Shown: positions 1 through 11,039 of the stretch, in pieces
Layout of the letters: every line of letters starts with the position of its first letter
How positions within the stretch are numbered: position 1 is the first letter of the stretch
Source: Neoechinorhynchus agilis
Taxonomy: Eukaryota > Animalia > Acanthocephala
Assembly: GCA_051530055.1 (NCBI GenBank)
Contig: CM121342.1
Coordinates: forward strand, 282,797 to 346,796
Reading direction: 5' to 3'
Length of the DNA stretch: 64,000 nucleotides
Position numbers and translations under genes: made by a program
Notes under the pieces: model-generated
Database searches by the model: none
Seen by the model: the letters and a program-made list of their open reading frames with translations, nothing else
What the model was told of the DNA's origin: nothing

Positions 1-41
1 ACTAGAAGTGTTATTTAGAAGTCTTTACCCGGTAAATATTC

Positions 42-150
42 TTTATTAAATATGTTTTGAACTTCGTCGGAGTTCATCATCAGTCATTTCACCTCTCGTT
101 TTTTTAGAATTGATGATGAACCCGATGAGGTTCGAAACGTCTCTAATAAA
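42..150. ncRNA. Divergent (outward-facing) pair of minimal hammerhead-ribozyme-like motifs, each followed by AATAAA
   Basis: Plus strand 104-150: TTAGA a TTGATGA T GAACC cgatga GGTTC GAAA CG TC TCTAA, with AATAAA at 145-150. Minus strand 89-42: CTGATGA T GAACT ccgacga AGTTC AAAA CA TA TTT AATAAA (G12 to A, degenerate). Mirrored at about 5990-6098. Confidence 0.65.
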
Positions 151-320
151 TAATCATTTACAGAATGAATACTTCTAAATCCTCACATATCGACATTTTG
201 ATTTGATTACTTTTCTGTTTTTACGATGCACAGTTAATAACCATTTCCATTTAATGGATAAAAATATATTATAATAGCGTGAATCGCTACTTGATTTTCC
301 AGGCCCATGTCTCAATTTTA

Positions 321-516
321 ATTTGAAAAATACGGCCTAGAGTTTATTTATCTGCCCAGCTTTCGCCGTTTTACGGCTTCAATTGGACAATTGTTAAAGT
401 GTTTTATTCGCGTTTAAATGTCAAAAATAAAACACTTTAACAATTGTCCAATTGAAGCCGTAAAACGGCGAAAGCTGGGCAAAAAATAAATAAACTCTAG
501 GTCGTATTTGTCAAAT
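321..516. repeat. Foldback palindrome whose arms are eroded hammerhead modules
   Basis: Arms of about 85-90 bp around a short loop. The right arm reads TGTC CAATTGAA GCCG taaaa CGGC GAAA GC TG GGCA..AATAAA (445-490), the same geometry as the PLE hammerhead at 11927-11965 but with a mutated core. Mirrored at about 5625-5820. Confidence 0.85.
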
Positions 517-571
517 TAAATTAAAATTAAGGATAAGAATATATGCAAAGCTCATATTTTAAGAACTGAGG

Positions 572-615
572 TTTATTTGTATTTTTCACTAAAACCTCGT
601 CATCATCAAGGTATG
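572..615 (-). ncRNA. Degenerate hammerhead-like module plus AATAAA
   Basis: The copy in the right arm (5531-5568) reads TTGATGA T G ACGA ggttt TCGT GAAA AATAC A AATAAA. This copy has TAGT instead of TCGT. Confidence 0.4.
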
Positions 616-690
616 TTGAATACTCAAGTTTTATTTAGGACGAAAATTATATACAAGTGAGAACGTCTTTAGCCCATTTGAGAAATAAAA

Positions 691-1263
691 ATGCAGAACA
701 ATGGTATTCTCGCACAATACAAAAAAAATGAAGGGACAATATATGCAGTAATGTTTTATTGCTGTGGTTGTTGTATCACAGGAATAATAAATGGACTAAT
801 TTGCTTCATCGCAAGAGGACAATTCGCTGTTTTACTAACGACTATAAATTCCACTAATTTCGCCGTAACTCATCTCACTGTCAATTCAATGACCTCATTT
901 CTACAAATCGCAACTATAACGAATATACTCGTTGCGATATTCAATTTCCTTTACGTGGTTTTCGGACTTGTTGCTTTGATAACTCGGTACAAACTGTATC
1001 CTAAGATTATCGTTGTACTGATCATTATACTGTTTGGACTTCATCTTGCAACTATTATCACCTATGGAGTTGAGTTTGCGTCGTATTTTAAGCAGTTTGG
1101 ACAAATATGTTCAGCGAATGCATTTACGGACGATTCATTGGCAAGTGTATTTTCTGGAATCGGAGTTATTTATGTGATATACTACTTAATCGGATCTATT
1201 TTACCTTTGATGATCCTTTACCACATGGAAAATTTATTGAAATCTTTGGGTCATAGAACTTAA
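691..1263 (+). CDS. Orphan multi-pass (about 4 TM) membrane protein, 190 aa
   Basis: Uninterrupted ATG-to-TAA ORF with four hydrophobic segments. No family recognised. Confidence 0.6.
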   Translation: MQNNGILAQYKKNEGTIYAVMFYCCGCCITGIINGLICFIARGQFAVLLTTINSTNFAVTHLTVNSMTSFLQIATITNILVAIFNFLYVVFGLVALITRYKLYPKIIVVLIIILFGLHLATIITYGVEFASYFKQFGQICSANAFTDDSLASVFSGIGVIYVIYYLIGSILPLMILYHMENLLKSLGHRT

Positions 1264-1899
1264 TTTTAGAAGACAAAACATCTTTTTGATGAATCCAAAG
1301 TTCACTGCGATTTAAACGTATCGGGTCATTTAAACAAAATAAACATTGCGTTTGAAAATTGAACTATTCGAGCTTAATCCGATATTTTAGAGGTACAATC
1401 TCGTGCGAATAAAACATTTATACAACCCTGATAAAGGCACGATATTATGCCAAAATATCGGATTTAATAAATTCATTTAATTTTTACGCCATAAACAAGT
1501 AACATGAGCATTGCATTATTGAACGAATCATAAATGTACCACACTTATAGGTTTTTAGGCATTTGGAATTAAAATTTGATTCTATTTGGCGGATTTTTAG
1601 TCTTGGTAAATAAAGAATTGGAAAGCAACAAATAAAACACAAGAGAGCAAAACTAAATAGATTGTATTTCTAGCCAGAGCATAAATCTACGTTATAAATA
1701 TTTATTTATATAAACACTTATTGATGAGATACCGTAGGAAACAGAAATAAAAATGAAATTTACTATTTTTCGCAATGAACTAGCCAACAAGCGGAACGTC
1801 ACTAATTATGTCTTAAGAGTCCAACGCTGATTTCACGAACATATCTACAATATCAAGAAAGGTTTAAATCTAAATTATTTTATTTATTTTGTTTAAGAA

Positions 1900-1925
1900 G
1901 AGGACCCATGTACCTTTGGGTCCTC
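1900..1925 (+). repeat. Recurrent stem-loop GAGGACCCA-tgtacctt-TGGGTCCTC
   Basis: 9-bp perfect stem. Variants at 13702-13723, 43515-43538 and (reverse strand) 58232-58256. Confidence 0.7.
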
Positions 1926-1937
1926 GTAGTCACTTCA

Positions 1938-2041
1938 GAGTTGATGACAGATCAGGAGTGGATGATGGATCCGGAGTTGATGACGGATCAGGAGTGGATG
2001 ACGTATCCGGTGTGGATGACGGATCCGCAGTGGATGACGGT
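1938..2041. repeat. 18-bp minisatellite, about 5.5 copies (gatgacggatccggagtg consensus)
   Basis: Units start at 1943, 1961, 1979, 1997, 2015 and 2033. A related two-unit stretch occurs in reverse orientation at about 18294-18338. Confidence 0.9.
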
Positions 2042-2447
2042 CGACGACGACGAGAGAAGACGACCACTCACGCTCATCTGAGCCGGCTGACTTCAAAAAA
2101 GACCATTTTGCTCACTGTGAGTCCTGCTAATTATATTGAAGTACTCTCGCTTTGCTTTAAAACGTTAATCTTTTGATCATAAGGAGATAAAACGTGAAAA
2201 CGCTTCAATTGAGACTGAGATTCATAAAAAAATTTACATGAATTGATCAAAAAATATGAAATTTATCAATTATCAATTTCAAGGTTCTTCAATCGCTCAA
2301 TATTCTCGAGGAAAAGGCGAAAACGTAAATTTTAAGAAGATAAAACGTGAAACCCCTTCAATTGATATTGAAATCAATAAAAAAAAGTTTGCATTAATCG
2401 ATCAGAAAGGATATTTTTTAATGATCGTATAAAATCTCCATAGTCTC

Positions 2448-3761
<1,314 letters not shown>

Positions 3762-4226
3762 GGAGATTTCGTAGCTAAATGGAGAATGAGTTTTAAGTTT
3801 TGAGGGGGGGGATTTAAAAGTGTAACAAACATTTTATGAGTAAGTCTTTGGGTACGTGAAAAAATGAGTTCAACGATTTAAGTTAAATAAAAGGAATCTC
3901 ATTCAATCTATCGAAGATCATTCGCGGGTGTAGTTGATAAATAACCGCAAAATAATAACATGTCTAACCAACGAGAATGCCACCCTGAACGAAATAAAAA
4001 CATTGATTTCAACACAATGCAATTTGAAGACGTTTAGCGATGAAGATGAAGGACATAAATTAAGTGCTTTTCTTACAAAAATGGCACCTTAACAAAAATC
4101 GCGGTTGTAATTTCGCGGTAGACGGAATCCACTGTCAACACAAAAACAGGAAAGAACGGAATACAAAATAAGAAATCCGTCTTATTGTTATTTAAGTGAA
4201 AGTCGATGGAGGTACTCTTCAACCAC

Positions 4227-4959
4227 TGTAAAGAAATTATTCATTATAGTTTCAGTTTCAATTAGCGATGTTTAATTCAGAAAAATATATTTATCTTGAA
4301 AATTTTCGGTCTTTTCGTTGGACTTCTTCAGTCAATTGATTGTAAGTTTTTAAATATCCGACAAAAACTGACTGAAGAAGGCCAACGAAAAGGCCGAAAA
4401 TTTTCAAGATAAATCTATTTTCTAAAATAAACATCGCTACTTGAAACTGAAACTAAAAGTATACATTGTAAAGAAATTATTCATTATAGTTTCAGTTTCA
4501 ATTAGCGATGTTTGATTCAGAAAAATAGATTTATCTTGAAAATTTTCGGTCTTTTCGTTGGTCTTTTCTTTAGTCAATTGATTGTAAGTTTTTAAATATC
4601 CGACAAAAACTGACTGAAGAAGGCCAACGAAAAGGCCGAAAATTTTCAAGATAAATCTATTTTCTAAAATAAACATCGCTACTTGAAACTGAAACTAAAA
4701 GTATACATTGTAAAGAAATTATTCATTATAGTTTCAGTTTCAATTAGCGATGTTTGATTCAGAAAAATTGATTTATCTTGAAAATTTTCGGCCTTTTCGT
4801 TGGCTTTCTTCAGTCAATTGTGTTGCAAGTTTGTCACTTCAGCGTCAACGTACGAAACAATTGACTGAAGAATACCAACGAAGAAGCAGAAAATTTTCAA
4901 GATAAATCTATTTTCTGAATCAAACATCGCTAATTGAAACTCTCCAACCATTGTAAAGA
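4227..4959. repeat. Tandem array of three ~240-bp palindromic units, each arm carrying a hammerhead-like core
   Basis: Units start at 4227, 4467 and 4709. Each is a hairpin with arms of about 88 bp. Plus-strand cores at 4369-4406 and 4611-4648 read TGA CTGAAGA A GGCC aacgaaaa GGCC GAAA AT TT TCA. A near-intact minus-strand core lies at 4778-4817. Confidence 0.9.
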
Positions 4960-5430
4960 TGTTATCTATAGATTGTTGTTTTCCATCAGACGAATTAAAG
5001 AAAATAAGTAATTCTGAAGAAATCCCACGCGCGTAGAGGGCAAAATATTAAAATAAAATTATTTTCTTCAAACGTTTCGGATAATCGTGAATATGAAGAA
5101 AATATTTAACTAGCGTCTAAAATGAAGATTTAATGTTTTAATTGGATTTGGAGCAATCATATTCCGCCCCTCGCCCCGGTTAAAACACATATTTTTTAGT
5201 TATATTTCGTAAGAAAAAGCCTCACCTCATCCTTCATTGGTTTTTCAATTCAATAAAAATTCTCTCACGTTTAATAAAGACAAAAAAAAGTATTTACAAA
5301 CATTCACACCACCGCCCTGGATCACTCAGCTGCCATCCTGGTGTAACGGTCGAAAGGACGGATGCAGCGTTTCCCCGTGTTTTGTAGGAGGAATGCTCCT
5401 GATCTCGAATCTTCAGTGATTCGTCGGCGC

Positions 5431-6139
5431 GAATACCATTGTTCTGCATTTTGATTTTCCAAATGGGCTAAAGACGTTCTCACTTGTATATAATTTTCGT
5501 CCTAAATAAAACTTGAGTATTCAGCATACCTTGATGATGACGAGGTTTTCGTGAAAAATACAAATAAACCTCAGTTCTTAAAATATGAGCTTTGCATATA
5601 TTCTTATCCTTAATTTTAATTTAATTTGACAAATACGACCTAGAGTTTATTTATTTTTTGCCCAGCTTTCGCCGTTTTACGGCTTCAATTGGACAATTGT
5701 TAAAGTGTTTTATTTTTGACATTTAAACGCGAATAAAACACTTTAACAATTGTCCAATTGAAGCCGTAAAACGGCGAAAGCTGGGCAGATAAATAAACTC
5801 TAGGCCGTATTTTTCAAATTAAAATTGAGACATGGGCCTGGAAAATCAAGTAGCGATTCACGCTATTATAATATATTTTTATCCATTAAATGGAAATGGT
5901 TATTAACTGTGCATCGTAAAAACAGAAAAGTAATCAAATCAAAATGTCGATATGTGAGGATTTAGAAGTATTCATTCTGTAAATGATTATTTATTAGAGA
6001 CGTTTCGAACCTCATCGGGTTCATCATCAATTCTAAAAAAACGAGAGGTGAAATGACTGATGATGAACTCCGACGAAGTTCAAAACATATTTAATAAAGA
6101 ATATTTACCGGGTAAAGACTTCTAAATAACACTTCTAGT
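5431..6139. repeat. Right arm of the long inverted repeat
   Basis: Reverse complement of 1-709. Includes the first codons of the 190-aa ORF, the foldback and the hammerhead-like modules. Confidence 0.95.
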
Positions 6140-6909
6140 GATAAAATTGATTAGCGGAAATAATTGGAAGAAGGAAAAACCATGATTGAAGGTTTAGTTA
6201 CTATTTCTCCTATAAAATATATAAAGTAATACTTTACGGTGATGTAACTCTTAATTTAAATGCGCAGCGAATGCGGAGATTAAACGATTTGCGCTGCTAT
6301 CACGGCAAAAGAGAACTAAAATACCATTCAACAAACATGGTCAAAGGTTTTGATCTCAGTAATATAAAATAAGTGTTTTATCCAGGGGATTATGATCGCC
6401 ACAATTTAAACTTCTTATATTTATTAATTTCTCGAATCTGAAAGTGAAAATTGATGCGGAGTTTGAATTGTGTCGATTAGTGCTATATTTCCAACGAGGA
6501 AGGCTCACCTCATTCGGTTAATAAAACATTTTCTATCCTTTTGGAGTCCAACTTTATCATCATGGAGGATTTTCTCTCTCGATGATTAGTTTCTTTAATG
6601 CTACACAATTAAGCTTACACCAAAAATGATCGTATCTATAGATGCAAAATCCACTGAGAAGTATTTAAAACCTTTTCCGGACTTCATTATTAATTTCCTA
6701 CGTTAATCGTTCGAATTCATTTGAGTCAAAAAATGATATGAATAACATACCCACGCGTCTCTTTACGTTGTTCATGAACCCATCGTAGCCGAGTTATTTG
6801 AAGCTTTGTTTTGTGAATGAATCACATATGAGTGATAAAATGCATTCATGTGTTTAAAGCACTCTTAAATGCTTCGCTCCTACGATTTTGTGCTTCTGCA
6901 AGACCTAAA

Positions 6910-7549
6910 ATGGGTGAAAGATTCTTGGAGAATAAATATCAATGGTTATTCCAATTCTTTGACACCGATGGTAACGGATATCTTGAACGTAAAGATTTTG
7001 AAGCACGAGCTGTTCGAGCCTGCCAGGCAGTTGAAAAAGCTTTCAGCGGTCAGCAAAGCGCAAACGAACTTAAACATCACATGCCCCGAATCCAACAAGC
7101 CCAATATCAAGCTTATAACCGTCTTTTCGATATTCTTAGTGAAAGGATCACTCAGGGAAATCGATACGTAACTAAAGATAACTGGCATGCATTTTGTATG
7201 GTAAGTTAAAAAAATTAACTGTGGTTAGCTAAATTATCACACTTAAAAGACGGTCCGAAACGAAATTAGAAGAACCGGAGAAATGCCCCATTGGTTCCAT
7301 GATCTCCTTGTCTACTATTTCCAAAACGTCCTCGACTTTAATCACAACGGCGGCATTGATTTCTATGAGATGACTTTTATGGGTGATGCTCCACTTGATG
7401 TCACTTGGTATTGTTACGACAAGCTAACGGATTCAAATAAAATCAAACTAGACCAGAATCGCTTTCTCGACATGACTAAACGGTACATGTCTGTAGAAGA
7501 TCCGAATTGCAAAAGCAGATACATGTTCGGTTATATTGAGGGTGGATAA
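6910..7549 (+). CDS. EF-hand calcium-binding protein, sarcoplasmic calcium-binding protein/calexcitin-like, 2 exons
   Basis: EF-hand loops FDTDGNGYLERKDF and LDFNHNGGIDFYE. The GT-AG intron 7201-7249 (49 bp) joins the two ORFs in frame (HAFCM|TVRNEIRRTGEMPHWF). C-terminus ...YMFG. Confidence 0.85.
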
Positions 7550-7718
7550 TAAGATCCACTAGAACTTTAAAACATTAAATTTAATTTGATCGCAAGTGCC
7601 AATGTCTACAGTATTTATCAAAAGTCGGCGCGAACTACTTGAGTTCATCAATCTCATGACAGTAGGAGATTTTTATACTCAATTAAGAGCATTAATATTA
7701 ACGTATAAAACATAATTC

Positions 7719-7775
7719 TAACCCAGCCATCGGGACGATCTGATGCCGGTCCCAAGCCCGGATAAATGGGGCGGG
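7719..7775 (+). ncRNA. Twister ribozyme (P1-type core) at the 5' end of an RTE element
   Basis: TAACCCAGCC [ATCGG-gacgat-CTGAT] GCCGGTCCCAAGCCCGGATAAA TGGG GCGGG. The 22-nt core matches the rice twister core as recalled, and P2 CCCA/TGGG is compensatory. GAGGG reads GCGGG here, and the 5' strand of P1 is absent. Confidence 0.8.
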
Positions 7776-8340
7776 TTGATGACAGGAAGGGCAGCCGGCC
7801 GTAAAACTTGCTTCAAATTCAAAACCATCTTAGAGCAGTACCAAATAAATGACAACACGACGAGCAGATGATCCGCTCGGCATTTGTGAAAAAGTTAACA
7901 AATGGGCGAAAAACCATTGTGCGAGTGGGGGGCTACATTGAATGTGGGGACGATGACAGGCAAGTCAATGGAAGTAGTGAGAATGATGAAAACGAGACGA
8001 ATTTCAATTCTATGTTTGTAGGAACTACTATGGAAAGGATCGAATGCTCGAGAATTAGGGGAAGGTTTTAAATTATAGTGGATCATGTAATGGTAGAAAC
8101 GGGGTGGGAAAATTGAATTAGATGAGAAATACAAAGATACAGTGTTGGAAATTACGAGATTCACTGATAGAATGTTTGGCGATGAGAATGGATCTTGGTG
8201 CTCAGAACTTGACGATTATCTCTTGCTACGCTCCGCAGGTTTGCCGTCTTCAACAAGAGAATGATGAATTCTGGAATGGACCTGATAACACTGATAAGTA
8301 ATCTTATGAATACTTTACAATCATTTGCATCGAGTTGAAT
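7720..8340 (+). mobile_element. RTE-clade non-LTR retrotransposon, degenerate 5' fragment (APE N-terminus)
   Basis: Reading through stops gives ATLNVGTMTGKSMEVVRMMKTRRISILCL*ELLWKGSNARELGEGFKL, then VLEITRFTDRM and CYAPQVCRLQQENDEFWN, typical of the RTE endonuclease. Confidence 0.8.
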
Positions 8341-9426
8341 CGGAGTTTGATATAGGTACTCATTTATTCGTAAGTCATCTTATTAAAAATGGGGAAAACA
8401 GTTGAAATAGTACATAATTCTACTTGTTGATTTTTAAAGGCTTTATAATAAGGTCGTCTCGAAATACTCTGATCAAGAGCTTATTTCTCACATTAATAAC
8501 GAAACGTCAAACGTATAGAGACGATCCTAAGATTCTTAAAGAGTCCAAAACTCCTTGGTAACGAGCACGAAAAGTTACAATGGAAAGATAAAATCGCAGA
8601 TTTTCAAACCGCAAAAAAGAAGCATAATCGGGCCTAATTTGTTTTCGTCCTAGTGAATCTCTCTATTTCAGAGATAGAATGAAATTGCATTTTAAAGCAT
8701 TTGTTAGAAAAGCAAAAACAACTCTTTAAAAATTAACAACGAAAACAAACTTAGTTGTCAATAGTATTCTTAATAAATGTTTGCTGGCATGCATTACGAT
8801 ATTTTAAAAGACTAGATCACACAAATCAGAATGTTTCCCTGAGATTTTAAAGTTTACTGTATGTCAAAAACTAATAGCACTCCATTTTGTCGGCAAGCGC
8901 ATCGGGAAACTAACCAGGGCGATGTGATTAAAATTGACACTGCAAAATGATAGGAAAATATCCATTCAAAAACCTCAGTGAAAAACGATCTTTCTTGATT
9001 ATTTATCCGACTGAATATAAATCTAAGAAAGCTATATTAATTTCATTTAAATTACGCTCTAAAAATCGTTCAATAAAAATCGGTGCTAAAACTAGAAACA
9101 TTTCAATCAATTTTCTATTTGGTTTAAAGGAGAAATGCATTTAAAGTATCTCCCGCATTAGCGTCAGAAATGCCAAAATGTTGAAATATTTTACTATTTC
9201 AGTGAATATTCCTTAAAATAACATTATTATGAAAAATGTTTCTCGTATCTTCTATTTTTTGGCAAAGAAAGCTGTGAATTGAAAAGACACATAGCGATGA
9301 AATCAATGAATGAAGATGAAAGAGTGAACTAAAGATTTTAAAAACGAATCTTTACACTCGTTACCCTTCTCTCGATGGATAATTAAAGACAACTATTCAT
9401 TACCAAAATAGACGAATGATCAGTGA

Positions 9427-10268
9427 TCACTTTTTTGAACCTTCGATCTTCTTATGCTGTTCGTCTTCTTTAAGCTGAGCGACATAAGGAGCCTCAAGGA
9501 CGAGTTTTTCTCCACTGAAATGCGATGTGAGATGTTCAACGTCCGTTCCTGGTGGAAGAGTGACTTGTTTGTAATAGTAAGATCTCGAGAATCCTTGTTT
9601 TCCATCCTCTGACTGTTGTGTAGAATGTTCAGCTTTCACGACCAACTCATTATCTTTAAGAGACACCTGCACGTCATTTGGTTTAAATGAACTCACGTCC
9701 ACGTTCATTTCAATCTTCTTTTTCTCGTCTGGAGTATCCACGACTTTTGGGAAGAAATTGCTTTAAAGAATTCGTCAAAATCAAAGAGGCCAACTTGTCC
9801 ATGGCCGCCGGACGGTTTTACGTCGCGCTCTTCCATTTTCAGAGGAATCTCCACAACAAGAACGCCTCCACCGGTCACGAAACTCGTCATCTGATCGGCG
9901 ATTGCATTCTTTGGAACCTCAAACGACTTTTGGAACTCACGGGAATCGAAATCTCCAGTTTTATTGCATTTATCATGCCTTCGAGCACTGACAACCAGCC
10001 GTCCGTTTATGATTTCCGTCTTCAAATCCTTTTTATCGAATCCCTGGACATTCAGAGTAACTCGAAACTTCTCTGGTCTTGGACGTCTTCGTCCGTGGAC
10101 ATCGAGAAGAGTTGGAGGCTCATTAATCCAAAAGATGCTCGGACGCACTGATGGACGAAGGGAAAGATCGTAGTCGTCAAATGGATCGAACAGGTCCAAC
10201 GCGGGACCGAACAGATTGTCAAAGTCGAAGAAGTTGCGGCGCTAGTGCGAGATTGGAAATGGAGACAT
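9427..10268 (-). pseudogene. Small heat-shock protein with two alpha-crystallin domains (p40-like), apparently disabled
   Basis: MSPFPISH*RRNFFDFDNLFGPALDLFDPFDD has a TAG at codon 9 (10242-10244). Domain 1: KFRVTLNVQGF...FQKSFEVPKNA...GVLVVEIP. A 1-bp frameshift lies near 9762. Domain 2: MNVDVSSFKP...SYYYKQVTLPPGTD...LVLEAP. Confidence 0.8.
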
Positions 10269-11039
10269 TCTGAAAGTTTGATGGAGAAACCGTTAGTATT
10301 TGTCTCGTTTTATACTAAAGCTTTAAATTCTAGTTTCTCCCTAAAAAGAGTCTAAACAAATTCTAGATGGTTAATCGGCGCATAAATTGTTTCCTAGAAA
10401 GCGTTAAGAACGTCCCTTGAAAACTGCGCGAGGCGAAAATGGAAAACGTTTTTTTTGAAGTCTCCTAAAATGCTCACTGGTCCAAGATTAAAAGTCAGGT
10501 ATTTAGCGATGCCGAGTGTTTGGCTTCTCGTTTAAATTCTAACTAATAAAAAACTGCAAATTTACAAAACAAGAAAAGTTCCCATAGCGAATGCCTAACA
10601 GTCATTTTTTGGAACAGTTTCAACGATTAGACGTGTTCTAATGCTCATTGACGAAACTGAAAAAATTTCATAGTGAGCCGCAGAATTAAACTTTACGTAT
10701 TATTCATATCGTTTAATGGTTTTAAAATGTTGTGGCGATCGATAAAAGCGTTTACAACATCGTCGTAAAGTGTCATTTTTACTGGGAATTTCTTACAAAC
10801 CAAGGGAGTACTTGAGGCTTTCCACTATAGCGATTAAAATCGGTTAACTCCATTTCCGAGAGTTTAGAAGAAAGTTGATTTTACAGTTGAAAATCGATTG
10901 AAACTCGTGTCTTTTTCACCTATGAAGTCCTTTGGTGATGAATTTAACTTTTTGTGAAGTTGGGGATTTAGGTAGTCGTGAAAGAGTGAGATCCATACTT
11001 GGCTTGTAAGGTAGAACCTCATTGTTTCATAGATGAGAT

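Larger units (their letters stand above)
1..709. repeat. Left arm of a long near-perfect inverted repeat (runs off the window start)
   Basis: Reverse complement of 5431-6139. For example, 1-30 actagaagtgttatttagaagtctttaccc pairs with 6110-6139. Only a few mismatches were seen by eye. Homology ends at atgcagaacaatggtattc (691-709). Confidence 0.95.

Noticed and set aside
1889-2176. 95-aa ORF with VDDGSG repeats
   Set aside because: TTG start, and the open frame is explained by the 18-bp minisatellite.
2187-2415. Two diverged copies of about 75 bp downstream of GALE
   Set aside because: A local degenerate duplication (2187-2260 versus 2339-2415) with no coding or structural signal.
4227-4959. 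CRISPR-like array
   Set aside because: Units are 240 bp, near-identical and without unique spacers. There are no cas genes and the context is eukaryotic.
9687-10173. Plus-strand ORFs opposite the sHSP
   Set aside because: Antisense shadows of a coding sequence. The same applies to most short ORFs overlapping retroelement genes (for example 11496-12040, 27188-28302, 45198-46789).
10242-10244. In-frame TAG as evidence of stop-codon reassignment
   Set aside because: The same gene also has a frameshift, and the intact genes examined (GALE, EF-hand, DHHC) contain no internal TAG.
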